A stretch of 63,756 nucleotides of DNA, the filler included, from Octopus bimaculoides (taxonomy: Eukaryota): the NCBI RefSeq assembly GCF_001194135.2. It is 4 parts of 4 records of this genome, joined end to end, with 100 filler letters (N's around TTAATTAATTAA, not from the genome) between each part and the next. Parts side by side here need not be neighbours in the genome. Positions count along the whole stretch, not along the records: positions 1 to 22,804 come from NC_068987.1; 3 more parts are not named here. The stretch is one strand, 5' to 3'. The notes beneath the pieces are model-generated. The model had not been told where the DNA came from. It saw only the letters and a program-made list of their open reading frames with translations, and ran no database searches. Positions 1-12,554 of this stretch are shown one piece after another (within the stretch, counting starts at the first letter, position 1; the number at the start of each line of letters is the position of its first letter). Made by a program: the position numbers and the translations under genes.

Positions 1-352
1 ACAAAATGCATCTTCCTATGCTTAGATCAATACTGTCTATAAAATGTGGCCTGAAAAGGTATGGCAAATGTTGCAAAAACTTTGATATTCCACAACACAT
101 ATTAACAAGATTGGGACCTTGAATGTATACAGAAGTCAAGACCTAGGCGCTGCAGCTGAATCTGATCAAATCAGTGAAATTCAAGAAATTATTTCTCAAT
201 GCTGAATATAGTTAAAGAAAGTAAATAAAAATTTAGCTTTTTGATATAATTAATCTTTAATATTTTTTTTTCTTATTTAGCATTTTTTAGCGTTTTTTTT
301 TGTATTTTTTCTACTAAAATTTAGCATAAAATTCTGATTTTAAGTTGGCAAG
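1..352 (+). mobile_element. Probable hAT-superfamily transposon 3' end (transposase C-terminus plus TIR-like end)
   Basis: Frame from nt 3 reads KMHLPMLRSILSIKCGLKRYGKCCKNFDIPQHIL, then frameshifts to KIGTLNVY. This resembles the hAT C-terminal 'ILxIKxGL..CCxxF' region. It is followed by an AT-rich tract ending AAGTTGGCAAGTG, similar to GTTGGCAACACTG-type TIR ends. Confidence 0.4.
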
Positions 353-394
353 TGGATTGCTGTGCTTGAGAAGACATGTCATGCTTAGTGAAAT

Positions 395-646
395 CATAGT
401 CATGGTTAGTGCTAGTGATATGTAAAAGGCACCTGTGCCAATGACACATAAAAAGCACCCATGCTGGTGGCACATTAAAGGTACCTGGTACACTCTGTGG
501 AGTGGTTGGCATTAAGAAGGGCATCCAGCCATAGAAACCAAACCAAAACAGACTGGATCCTGGTTCAGCTCTCTGGCTTATTAGTTCTAGTCAGATCATC
601 TAACCCATGCCAGCATGGAAAACAGACACTAAATGATGATGATGAT
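395..646 (+). mobile_element. RTE-LINE 3' tail / RTE-tailed SINE fragment
   Basis: GTGGTTGGCATTAAGAAGGGCATCCAGC...AACCCATGCCAGCATGGAAAACAGACACTAAA(TGA)n; homologous to the reverse complement of 10075-10250. Confidence 0.75.
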
Positions 647-699
647 CTACCTATACACAGCAGAACTACTCTCAAACTCTCCTGCTCTACTCTGCCAGT

Positions 700-1090
700 C
701 TCAACGTAACACTTTGACATCAGCAAAGCCTTGTAAGGGTGCCATCTATCTTTCATAACTTAGGTCAGATACTATTGTCAGACCATTCCATTGCAGCTTA
801 GGGTGAGTTCTGTTTGACTCTGTTGACTCTGATATACTCCATCTTTGTTTACGTCTCCCACACTATTCTTTGTGTACATTAGGACATTTGGGATTTATTT
901 TAACCAACTCACACACTGCTATGTGGCTGATAATGCCTGTCACTCCTCGATTGTCCATACACACTGTGATCCACATGCAACATAGACACCTCATTCCAGA
1001 CATGCTTTATCTCTTTGAAGAGAGTCCTTATAAACATTGAATAATGGAAATGTCTCAATCCTCATATCTATTGATGAAGCTATGACAATC
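700..1090 (+). pseudogene. Highly degenerate non-LTR reverse transcriptase fragment (CR1/Jockey-like)
   Basis: FDISKAL at ~711 resembles LDISKAFD; HCYVADN at ~913 resembles HSYADD; many stops and frameshifts. Confidence 0.35.
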
Positions 1091-1093
1091 TAG

Positions 1094-1519
1094 TCTGTTT
1101 CATTTGCATCCCAAGCAAAGATAGCCTCAAACAGGAGCAGCACAAATATCAGTAACATCAATGCCAACACAGGGACACACACTAAAATTTATGTTGGATC
1201 TTGTGAATCCAAATTTAAAATTCACCTGAACAACCACAGATCTTCTTTCAGGGTCCCAGTGAGATGCAACACATCGCCACTCGCAGCATATGTTTGGCAC
1301 CTAAAGGGCAATCATACACCCTTTAGCATCAGGCAGAAATTACTAGAAACTTGTAGACCCTATTGCAATGGAACAAGACTATGTAAATTGTGTATGGCAG
1401 AAAAATATATAATCCTTATGAACTCACTTGAGCCAGGAGGCTACCTGATCTCCAGAATAGAAGCCATGGGGAGTTGTCTTCATTTTTGGAAATTTTTACT
1501 TCAAAATTGGAAAACCTAG
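1094..1519 (+). pseudogene. Penelope-like element GIY-YIG endonuclease domain
   Basis: Stop-free frame: SQAKIAS...TKIYVGSCESKFKIHLNNHRSSF...LAAYVWHLK...CKLCMAEKYII...SRIEAMGSCLHFWKFLL*. Matches the PLE pattern YIG..FKxR..NH..SF / CxLCxxEK / RxExxxxCxH. Confidence 0.85.
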
Positions 1520-1782
1520 CTATTAAGCGAAGGAAGACAACTTGCCCGGCCATAATTTTTTCAGAGGAATATTTCTTCAACTATCACTGGCGTTTTTATG
1601 TTTTAAGAAACATTCTTTGCAAAGAACAGCTNNNNNNNNNNNNNNNNNNNNNNNNNNNNNNNNNNNNNNNNNNNNNNNNNNNNNNNNNNNNNNNNNNNNN
1701 NNNNNNNNNNNNNNNNNNNNNNNNNNNNNNNNNNNNNNNNNNNNNNNNNNNNNNNNNNNNNNNNNNNNNNNNNNNNNNNNNN

Positions 1783-1828
<46 letters not shown>

Positions 1829-1830
1829 GT

Positions 1831-2040
1831 GTGTGTCTGTGTTTGTTCCCCCCACCATTGCTTGACAACCAATATTGATATTTTATGTCCCTGTAACTTA
1901 GCGGTTTGGGAAAAAGAGACCGATAGAATAAGTACTAGGCTTACAAAGAATAAGTTCTGGGGTTAATTTCTTTGATTAAAAAACCCTTTAAAGTGGTGCT
2001 CCAGCATGGCTGCAGTTAAATGACTGAAATAAGTAAAAGA
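1831..2040 (+). mobile_element. SINE family B 3' half (follows internal (TA)n/(TG)n)
   Basis: CTTGACAACC...GTAACTTAGCGG...GAGACCGATAGAATAAGTACTAGGC...GGTGCTCCAGCATGGCTGCAG...TGACTGAAATAAGTAAAAGA; same module at 22990, 31043, 31710 and 54072. Confidence 0.8.
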
Positions 2041-2560
2041 ATATATATATATTTTAAAAGATTGGTACAGAAGGCAGAATGTAACAAGAAGCATTTATTA
2101 GCACAACAATTGTTTTGGCTTCATACTACATTGCTCCCTAGTGGGCGTGAAATGATGCAACTACACCAGATGCAATGGACAGTGCAAAAGAGCCACCATG
2201 GTCAGATTCAGGTCTTAGACCTTGTGGCTGCCTATGTTTACACACATGCATGGACAGACAGACACATACACATTCATATGTATATGTGTGCACACATGTG
2301 TCCACTCATACACACATGCATACACACGTATACACATACATACTGACAGACATTGGTGATTCTGTCAATAGGCACAGACATCCATTCACTCATATACACA
2401 GACATGCACACTCGCATACACACACAGACATGGGTAGGTACATTTGTGCACACACATACATATATACACACATGTAAACACCCTCACACACACACGATAG
2501 ACTAGTAAGAAAATGGAATTCATGAGACTATTTATTCACTATAATCATTTCAACGCATCA

Positions 2561-2790
2561 TGCATTGGTGCCTCACAGGTGAGATGCTGTACAAGCAGTT
2601 GTGATTCATCATAGGTACTGTTGTGTCTTGTTGGGTGACTTGTCAGAAGTACGTTGTTAATCTCATTTTTTAATCTCCAGTTCAATTAAAAATTGAAGTA
2701 CCTTTTGACAAGTTACCTGGCTGGACACATCTGTACCTATGATGCACCACAACTGCTTGTATAACATCTGACCTGCGAGGCACCAGTGCA
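2561..2790. repeat. Foldback inverted repeat (MITE-like), ~92-bp arms
   Basis: 2561-2652 and 2698-2790 are reverse complements; the outer ~58 bp differ at only a few positions. Confidence 0.75.
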
Positions 2791-3632
2791 CAATGGGTCA
2801 AAACAGTCATAATGAATAATAAAGAGTCTCTTGAATTCCATCTTTCTTTCTCACATATTTTATAAACTTTACAAACACAAAAGAATTCCTGAAGTAAATC
2901 CAGTGGCATATACCTCCATACTGCATCAGGTAACCAAATACAGTGAATGGGCCTTATACCTAAATTTAAAATTGTTACTTATAGAGAGAGAGATAGAGAG
3001 ATAGATCAAGTAGAGACAGCATAGAGTAGAGGATACTCTTGCTGTTGGGAGAATGTCTCTAGTGATAGTGATAGTAAAATGCAACTTATCCATGCTGCAA
3101 AGTGGTTGATGAAAAGAAGGGTGACTAGCTGTAAAAACATGTTGACAATCAAATCACATACACATAGTAACAAAATAGACTGGTTTTCTTCTGTTGTTGT
3201 GAACAGACAACAAAGGACTACAACCAGTGGTGAAATGCTGTGAGACACCCAACTTATGCTAATGCTGTAAAAATAGAAATCAAATGATGACATTGGTAAT
3301 ATATGGAATCTTCTATAGAATTACTCTAAATTTTCATTATCAATTTCTGTATTTTCAGAATCCAAGTTCAAAATGCTCCAGAAACGATGAAATGGTGATC
3401 TGTCATGGTTGTAGGCACTAACAGTCTTTCTGCTTCTTTTTAATTCTCATCTTTTCATTTAACCAAAACAACTCTGTGATGTCTCCATTTGAATTTACTA
3501 ACCTATTGAGGGTTGGTTTACAGCCCTAATTTGATATACTTTTGTTATGGCTTCCTTTGTTTTATCAGTCAAACAGTTTTACTGTAAATTTAATTCTACA
3601 ATCTTTTCATGTCATGATAATGACTGATAATA

Positions 3633-3672
<40 letters not shown>

Positions 3673-3902
3673 CAGGTTGACTTAGCTCTTCATGTTATTT
3701 AAAACTGGTCATGTTTTTTTCACATTCACAAAACTTTAATAAACACGAGGAACTAAGTCAACCTATTACTCAATAAATACAATTCCAACTATATGTATTG
3801 AGTACTTCCATTTGTTTGTTCACTCATTTGTATATGTGTGTTTGTATGTATGTGTGTTTGTGTGTGTGTATGNNNNNNNNNNTTTGTGTGTGTGTATGTA
3901 TG

Positions 3903-3937
<35 letters not shown>

Positions 3938-4706
3938 CATAAACTGTCAACCACATGTCTATATTTCTGGATTGATATATGAGTCCTAAATATTAACCAG
4001 ACTAGTTACTTCATGAGTTGTAGTGCACCTGAGCACTATATACAATAAGCTGCTTATTATTATTCATCTTATTGTTATCCACACAATATTTTAACTAATT
4101 TATTTTCTAGGAGTCCTCAGGTGGCATGTTTGGAGATAGAAGCCTAGTGGTTACAAGATTAAAACTCTGTGAGTTACAATAAAGATTCATGAATTCACAC
4201 ACATATACATACACATATACATACACACTGCAGTAACAAACCGCACACATACACACACTGCAGTAACAAATCATACACATACACATATACTGTAGTAACA
4301 AAAATTCTCTTTTTAAAGACCACTGATCATATAGTTATTAAGTTTTCTGGCTTCTACCAATCTTACTTGCAGCACATGTACACACATAAATATAAGCCAT
4401 ACTAAATTTAAGACTGGCAAAACATGTGAACTTGTAGGTAGTTTTAATTGTTTCATAACCATACCTCTGTTGAAACACATGACTTTGTTTCAATTAGTTC
4501 TGAAAATAATAAAGAATTTAGTAACTAACTTTTCCTTATTAAGCTGGTATTTGAAATAAAAATGAACATGGAATTTTGATGGAAAGTTTAAATTTAGATC
4601 ACTTTAAAACAGAGCGTTTCTATCAGGGAATCAAGGGCAGTCCTAGCTGGGTTGGTTTCAGAAGGGTTAAAAACTGTTTAACACTCTTGGTGAATGTGTG
4701 TGTGTA

Positions 4707-4758
<52 letters not shown>

Positions 4759-5384
4759 CACACATGTTAGAATGATGCCACCTGAAGATGGTGGAAAGTA
4801 AACTGATTGAAATATATTTTAAATTACTACATAAAAGATTATGCTAATAATCTGAGCAGTCTTNNNNNNNNNNNNNNNNNNNNNNNNNNNNNNNNNNNNN
4901 NNNNNNNNNNNNNNNNNNNNNNNNNNNNNNNNNNNNNNNNNNNNNNNNNNNNNNNNNNNNNNNNNNNNNNNNNNNNNNNNNNNNNNNNNNNNNNNNNNNN
5001 NNNNNNNNNNNNNNNNNNNNNNNNNNNNNNNNNNNNNNNNNNNNNNNNNNNNNNNNNNNNNNNNNNNNNNNNNNNNNNNNNNNNNNNNNNNNNNNNNNNN
5101 NNNNNNNNNNNNNNNNNNNNNNNNNNNNNNNNNNNNNNNNNNNNNNNNNNNNNNNNNNNNNNNNNNNNNNNNNNNNNNNNNNNNNNNNNNNNNNNNNNNN
5201 NNNNNNNNNNNNNNNNNNNNNNNNNNNNNNNNNNNNNNNNNNNNNNNNNNNNNNNNNNNNNNNNNNNNNNNNNNNNNNNNNNNNNNNNNNNNNNNNNNNN
5301 NNNNNNNNNNNNNNNNNNNNNNNNNNNNNNNNNNNNNNNNNNNNNNNNNNNNNNNNNNNNNNNNNNNNNNNNNNNNNNNNNNNN

Positions 5385-5430
<46 letters not shown>

Positions 5431-6252
5431 GTAAGCATTCCTGTTCATTTTTTGGGTTACACACACACACACACACACACACCATATTCTGTTAAGGAAT
5501 GATATATACACCTAGTCTTCTAATGGATAGTATTCAAGCGAGAGGCAAGTCTTCTCTGCTAAAGTGAATGAAGTCATCTAGCTAGAACTCAATGTGATTC
5601 TGGATTAATTCCCATTGAGAGAAGACCATGTATACACTGTCTATAGAGTCTGAAAGTTTGATGAGACATTAATTATAACTCTGAAATAAAGACAATTCTT
5701 TATAAACATGGGAACCTACATTGAAGTAAAAGGGTTTTCAGTTTTTTAATTTAAAATCAAACTTCTTGTTTTACTGAACCCCTTCCCCTGTAATCTCTGT
5801 TTTTGTACAAAAATGAACACATTAAGGCTGTGTGTTTCAGTTGTATTATTGATGTTATTGAAAGAATTATGAAATACTCTGAATTATGTTTTATAATATT
5901 CCTCAAGGCTTGTGTTTAATTTTTGTCCCATTTACTTAATATTTATGCATTATGTTTTGCATTAGTTTTGTATTCTGTTTGAGCCCGTAAAACCTGTTAC
6001 CCATTACTTTTGGAAACTCTTGAGAACTGATTCAGTTGACAGTGGTTTTATTTGCATTCCAAATTTAATCAGAAACTATGGCAATTATAACTAACATAAA
6101 TATTAGCTTTGATTTCTAATTAGTTCTGTTAAGAATATATAATCAGTAAGAAAATTTAAGTTAATGGAAGCAGACTAGCATCAGTTACTGGTCTCTAACT
6201 CATTATACAGGCCATCACCTTCCCTTGATCTCCCAGTTATCTTTAATATTAA

Positions 6253-8438
6253 CCCTTTGAATGGTCTGAGCATATAGTATATATACTTGCTAGGCCGCTA
6301 ACTATTTAACCAATAAAAGATTGTTTTACATTGCAGTTTAGGCTTCTTTCTATTCACAGCTGAACTTCCGGGAAGCTTTGAGAATTTTTTAGACTTAAAT
6401 TGCAGATTTTTGAGTATTTTTTTTTGCTTTAAACACGAGTGGTAAGAAAGTGACCACCGGGCAGCCATTATGAATGATAATGTCAGATTCTGATGATGAG
6501 AATGGAGAGTCTGATTATGAAAATAATAGTGATTTTGAAATCGAAGAGTGTGAAGATGATGTCAACAGTAGAAATAATAACGAGTGCAAACGAAGGTGGA
6601 AATGAAAATGATAGCGACTCTGCTGATAATTATGGCCCAGGTGGTGATGTTTTACAATCTGTTAGGGAGTATGGTCAGGGTTTCTCAGCCACTGTCTGAT
6701 CAGTGTCAGTGGACAAGTGACACTAGAGGGTACACAGAAAAACAATTCAATTCTAAAGAAACTCCTGGCCCCCAAAATATTCCAGATTCAATCAATAAGG
6801 AGAGGAGCCCTGTTGACTTTTCCACTTTATTCTGGGATGATGATTTGTGGCAGCTCTGTTAAAGAAACTGATAGGCAGGCAGAACATGTCAGAGAACCAA
6901 AGCCCTCAAATTATTATGCAAAATCCTTTAGTTCTCAGGCTTTGACAATATCAGAGATAAAAGCATTTTTTTGACTGTTGAGTTGTGATGGAAATGCTTA
7001 TTCACAAGGACCACTATGAACAATATTGATGAGATAAGGAAAATTTCTTGACTCTTACACCTGGATTTGCATGAGTTTTTACAATAGATAGATTTTAAGC
7101 AATATGGTCTATGCTACATAGTGTAAATGAAGTAGACCCAGAACTAAACAAAACTGACAAGATTTTCAAATCCAGGTCCATGTTCAAATCATTTGTTAGA
7201 AAAGTTCAAGCTGCATTATTCACCGAGAAGCAATTTGTCACTTGATGAGGGAATGATTCCGACAAAAAACTCCCTGTCTATAAAACAGTATATCAAAGAT
7301 AAACTGATAAAGTGGGGTATCAAAACCTTCCTTGTTTGTAATAGTGAGAATGGCTATATTTCAAATGCAGAAGTGTATACAGGTCATAGGGAGGATGCTG
7401 AAACAATTGAAAAGCTTGGTGTGATTGGAAACTTTGTTGTTTTTATGTTGGAACCATTTTATGACCAATATTACTGTGTTTACAGACAGATTCTACACTA
7501 GTGTATATTTGTGTGAGTTTTTGATGGAATACAGAGGAATCTGCTTAGTAGGCATTGCACTTACAAATCGAAGAGTCTTTCCAAAAACCTCATGAAATCA
7601 CAAAACCAAATCTGCAAGGGGCAATTTTAACTCTTATTCAATAGAATTGTGGTAGCAATTATTTGGTGTGACAAAAAGCCCATTTATTTTTTAATTTTTG
7701 CATTTATAACCCACACCCCAGTACAAGTACAGAGACACGATAGTAAAGAGCACAGAAAACTTCCTGTGGTTTGCCCAAAAGCTGTCCAAAGTTGCAATGC
7801 ATACATGGGTGGCACTGATAAAAATGACCAACTTATGAAACTGCATCAGAGTAGACATGATTACAAGTGACCACATCGTCTTATGAAGTTTTTTATATGG
7901 GCCACGTATAATGTGTATGTTATCATGGGACATTATAAGCTACATAATCCCCAGGAGCAAAGAGTGTTTACATTCCATGCATTTGTTGAAAAGCTCTACC
8001 ATGGACTTGTAGGCAATTATCACAGACTATTACCGATGAAAATACATCCGAACACAGACAAACACCTACAAGATTATGGACTGTACAAGGTGGAAAGAGC
8101 ACCCCATGCAACTTCAAACAATAGGTATGTAGTGTGCCTAGAAAAGCACAACAGGGCCAAACAACAAAATCCAAGTGCTACATATAAGGACCTCAAAAAG
8201 TCAAAAACAGTTTACTGGTGTAATTATTGTAAAGATTTCTTGTGCATTGGGGTACCACAGCAAAATTGAGAGTTTTGGAGATAGAAGTGAGAAAATAAAA
8301 TAAACAACATGAAATGGGTATTTTTGTTTATTTATCATAAAAAACTAGTACATGAATAAAAATAAATCATAATCAAACTTTTTGCAAATTTTCACAGGGA
8401 GCTCAGGGTGGAGGTCATGTCAGGATGGGCTCATAGGG
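6253..8438 (+). mobile_element. piggyBac DNA transposon, defective
   Basis: TTAA-CCCTTTGA left end (6249-6260) and TCATAGGG-TTCAA right end (8431-8443, imperfect), enclosing a piggyBac transposase. Confidence 0.75.
6480..8290 (+). pseudogene. piggyBac (PGBD4-like) transposase pseudogene
   Basis: Acidic N-terminus (MSDSDDENGES...), SLDEGM (D at 7244), QYIKDK..KWGIK, TDRFYTS (D at 7485), YMGGTDKNDQ (D at 7817) and a C-terminal Cys-rich WCNYCKDFLC; multiple frameshifts and stops. Confidence 0.92.
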
Positions 8439-9204
8439 TTCAAACTAGCACCGATTACTCATTTCTAATTCCACATACAGGCTGTCAACTTCCCTTGGAT
8501 TTGAAGAGAGATTTATCTTTTGGTGCAACCACTGTTCTTGAGTAACTTTTAGGGAACTCTGTAGTTCTTAAATATCAAATGATAGTGACTTTTAGAAGTT
8601 TATAATTCTTCTTAAAGTATAGATATTAATAAGACATAATAGCTTCTAGTGTTCTCTGATTTATAATCTTTGAGACACTTGACCAGTGAGCATAGTGTAT
8701 TAATTTCCAGTTTTTTTCCCTTAACACGCATGTCAAAGTAGATTTGTCTTTAACCACTGTTGGAACAGAGACTGATGCACACCACCTATTCATCAGTGCA
8801 TTTTCATATCTTTTCTAAGAGAGACTATTAAAAACAGACCAATTTAAGTCCTCTGTGTTGATGCAGCCAGTGAATCTTTATTAAGGATAACTAAATATTT
8901 CCTGAATTCATTTTTCTTTGTTTATCCTCTAAATGAAAGTATTCAAACTGTTTTATGTAAACCCTTATGGTAATAATGCATTGCTATTTTAGATATATGT
9001 AGAATGTTCTTGAAGATATTGTTTAGATTTTGGCTTAGAAAGAAGACCAAACAAGATGACACAGATACTGTCAAATCCCTAAGCTTCTTTTGCAGTTGTA
9101 TCATAAATCTAAATTTATCATGCCACTGTTTGAACATACAAAGGGTCATTACTACTTAATTGGTGTCTCAAATTTAGCTGAAATTTACTTTGAAACTTTT
9201 ACAG

Positions 9205-9253
9205 ATGTACTAGTTTCTAGTGTACCATCTGCAAATGGTTTTAATGAAGCTAG
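9205..9253 (+). CDS. Candidate 49-nt internal exon of an unidentified host gene
   Basis: T-rich acceptor TTTACTTTGAAACTTTTACAG and donor AG|GTATGT; only one open frame (DVLVSSVPSANGFNEA). No homology recognised. Confidence 0.25.
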
Positions 9254-10074
9254 GTATGTCTCCGCCAACTTACTGATCCACATATCTATATGGATTTCAT
9301 ATATANNNNNNNNNNNNNNNNNNNNNNNNNNNNNNNNNNNNNNNNNNNNNNNNNNNNNNNNNNNNNNNNNNNNNNNNNNNNNNNNNNNNNNNNNNNNNNN
9401 NNNNNNNNNNNNNNNNNNNNNNNNNNNNNNNNNNNNNNNNNNNNNNNNNNNNNNNNNNNNNNNNNNNNNNNNNNNNNNNNNNNNNNNNNNNNNNNNNNNN
9501 NNNNNNNNNNNNNNNNNNNNNNNNNNNNNNNNNNNNNNNNNNNNNNNNNNNNNNNNNNNNNNNNNNNNNNNNNNNNNNNNNNNNNNNNNNNNNNNNNNNN
9601 NNNNNNNNNNNNNNNNNNNNNNNNNNNNNNNNNNNNNNNNNNNNNNNNNNNNNNNNNNNNNNNNNNNNNNNNNNNNNNNNNNNNNNNNNNNNNNNNNNNN
9701 NNNNNNNNNNNNNNNNNNNNNNNNNNNNNNNNNNNNNNNNNNNNNNNNNNNNNNNNNNNNNNNNNNNNNNNNNNNNNNNNNNNNNNNNNNNNNNNNNNNN
9801 NNNNNNNNNNNNNNNNNNNNNNNNNNNNNNNNNNNNNNNNNNNNNNNNNNNNNNNNNNNNNNNNNNNNNNNNNNNNNNNNNNNNNNNNNNNNNNNNNNNN
9901 NNNNNNNNNNNNNNNNNNNNNNNNNNNNNNNNNNNNNNNNNNNNNNNNNNNNNNNNNNNNNNNNNNNNNNNNNNNNTAGCACATTTAAAGAATCAAAGAG
10001 ATTCAGAAACAGTATCTGCAATCTCTAGCACATTGAATGTCCACGTTAGTGGTCAACGTTATATATATATATAT

Positions 10075-10843
10075 ATCATCATCGTCATCATCATCGTTTA
10101 ACGTCCACTTTCCATGCTAGCATGGGCTGGACGATTTGACTGAGGACTGGCAAGCCAGAAAGCTGCACCAGGCTCCAATATGATCTGGCAGAGTTTCTAC
10201 AGCTGGATGCCCTTCCTAACGCCAACCACTCCGAGAGTGTAGTGGGTGCTTTTACGTGCCACCAGCACGAGGGCCAGTCACATAGTACTGGCAACGACCT
10301 CACTCGAATGATTTTCTAACATGCTACCAGCACAAGTGCTAGAAGGCAAAGCTGGTAACGATTACGCTCTAATGGTGCTATTTTGGGGCCACTAGCACGG
10401 AAGCCAGACAGCTGCTCTAGCAATGAACATGCTCGACAGTGCTGTTAGTACTCCACTGGTGCGGTGACCAGTCATCGAGTATGGTTCAATTTCGATTTCA
10501 CTTGCCCCAACAGGTCTTCGCAAGCAGAGTTTAGTGTCCAATGAAGGAGAGGTTGGCATGGGTGCCAGTTATTGGATTTAGTTCGATTTCGATTTCAGAT
10601 TTCAAATTTCAAATTTCAAATTCCAAATTCACTTGCCTCAACCGGTCTTCACAAGCAGGGTTTTTAGTGTCCAGTGAAGTAAAGATACGGATTAGTGAGC
10701 TGGCTACACTTCTGGCAGAGATCACAGATTATGCTCTCACTTGCCTTGCCCGGTCTTCTCACATACTGCATATTTCCAAAGGTCCTGGTCACCGGTCATT
10801 GCCTCGGTGAGGCCTAAAGTTCGAAGGTCGTGCTTCACCACCT
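10075..10843 (-). mobile_element. RTE-clade LINE 3' end (ORF C-terminus, 3' UTR, (TGA)n tail)
   Basis: Minus strand reads VVKHDLRTLGLTEAMTGDQDLWKYAVCEKTGQGK*, a typical RTE RT C-terminus, followed by a 3' UTR with an internal duplication and a (GAT)n tail; 5' part lost in a gap. Confidence 0.85.
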
Positions 10844-11214
10844 NNNNNNNNNNNNNNNNNNNNNNNNNNNNNNNNNNNNNNNNNNNNNNNNNNNNNNNNN
10901 NNNNNNNNNNNNNNNNNNNNNNNNNNNNNNNNNNNNNNNNNNNGTGTGTGTGTGTGCTTGTGTATCTGATATCTTCCAAGTATTGACCCATCTGACTCCT
11001 TCCAGTCATTCACAGAAGATTCATCAGTGTTTCATGTATCCATAACAACATTAGTGCTATTATTTCTGTGTTACTTTCATAGGATTGCATACGTGATATC
11101 TTCTCTTAGAATTGCCATTACTTTCTGGTAGACTTTCACTGGCTTTACTGCAGTTGATATTATTCATTATCAACAATATCTACATTTTTGTGTGTATGGC
11201 AGTGTGTGCGCACG

Positions 11215-11333
<119 letters not shown>

Positions 11334-12116
11334 CTATATATATATATATATATTGTATATTATATGGTTGTACATATTATATATGTGTGTGTGTATGATT
11401 TACTAGATGTTCTATCTAGATTTATCAGCTAGACTTACTAGACGTTCTGTCTACTGGCTTGTAACCACCCACATAAATACACACACACACATGCACACAC
11501 TACCTCTCTAATGTCATTTCTTCCTTAAGTCTCAAAATTTTCTATCAGTATCCTTCTGCATGTTTTTAACAAGTACCATCACAATTCAAGGATTGGGGAA
11601 GGTCCTCTATCTGGTTGCTCAGCATGCTAGAAGCAACAGTTAGATCTTCTTTGAAATGCATTGTCCTTTCTTAAAAAAGAAAAGGCATATCACATAAAAT
11701 ATTTCCTGATACAGAAAAAGAGATGATTGTATTCCTTGAGTATCACTTTGTCAAACTAGTTTTTACCACTTTATTTGTTGGCCGTGGGCAAATGTTTTTC
11801 TTTTAGATGACATGCTTGGTCAACTTGTTTGCCATAAGGGATTATTTGGCATTACAATGAAGAATAATTATTTTGTTGTGTAGAGCAATTGTGTTGTGCA
11901 ATTGTTTCTTTTTTTTTTTAATTATTATTTATTTTTGTTTTGTTGAGGGTAGTGTATAAACCATTCAATGAATAATGATTATGATAACTGTGGTAGTGAT
12001 GGAGAGGATGATGATGATAGTGGTGTTGATGATTATGTAAGCAGTGAACAAGCAGAAGTTTTGGTAATTCAGACAAAATACTGAGAGGCATTTCTTCTGT
12101 TTCTGTACATTGTACT

Positions 12117-12232
12117 TGGGTCAACTTTGCCGTTCATCCTTTTTAGTTTAATAAAAAATTTTATTCAAGTCCTGAGGTTGATATAATCAACTTACCCATT
12201 CCCTTAAAGTTGCTGGCCTTGTGCCAAAATTT
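12117..12232 (+). mobile_element. SINE family A partial
   Basis: GGTCAACTTTGCCGTTCATCC...GTTGCTGGCCTTGTGCCAAAAT; homologous to 21280-21400. Confidence 0.65.
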
Positions 12233-12319
12233 TTGAAAATTTTTATCTGCATGCAGGGTATGCATTGCCTCTCCAATATCCTCTTTTTTCATTATTATTA
12301 TCATTATTTTCATTATTAA

Positions 12320-12530
12320 GGTAGTGAGCTGGCAGAATCATTACCATGCCAGGCAAAATGCTTACCCACATTTTGTCCGTCCTTATGTTCTGTGTTCAAA
12401 TTCTGCTGAGGTTGACTTTGCCTTTCATCATTTTGGGGTCATTGATATAAGTACCAGTTGAATACTGGGGTTGATGTAATCGACTAGCCCCCTCCCCCAA
12501 ATTTCAGGCCTTGCACCTATAGTAGAAAGT
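12320..12530 (+). mobile_element. SINE family A (GAGCTGGCAGAATC head), CpG-decayed
   Basis: GAGCTGGCAGAATC...GTTCAAATTC...GAGGTTGACTTTGCCTTTCATC...AAGTACCAGTTG...CTGGGGTTGATGTAATCGAC; homologues at 15289, 20450, 21186, 46480, 46620, 59200. Confidence 0.8.
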
Positions 12531-12554
12531 ATTTTATTATTATTAATATTATTA

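Noticed and set aside
2681-2949. Exon between a good acceptor (TCTCCAG) and donor (CAG|GTAACC)
   Set aside because: Stops in all three frames, and it overlaps the foldback arm.
4778-4820. Hammerhead-like CTGAAGA...GAAA
   Set aside because: Stems I, II and III do not pair adequately.
5605-5660. Hammerhead-like GAAGACCAT...GTCTGAAAG
   Set aside because: No CUGA core and no stem I or stem III support.
6480-8290. Domesticated PGBD gene
   Set aside because: Multiple frameshifts and stops, and transposon ends are retained.
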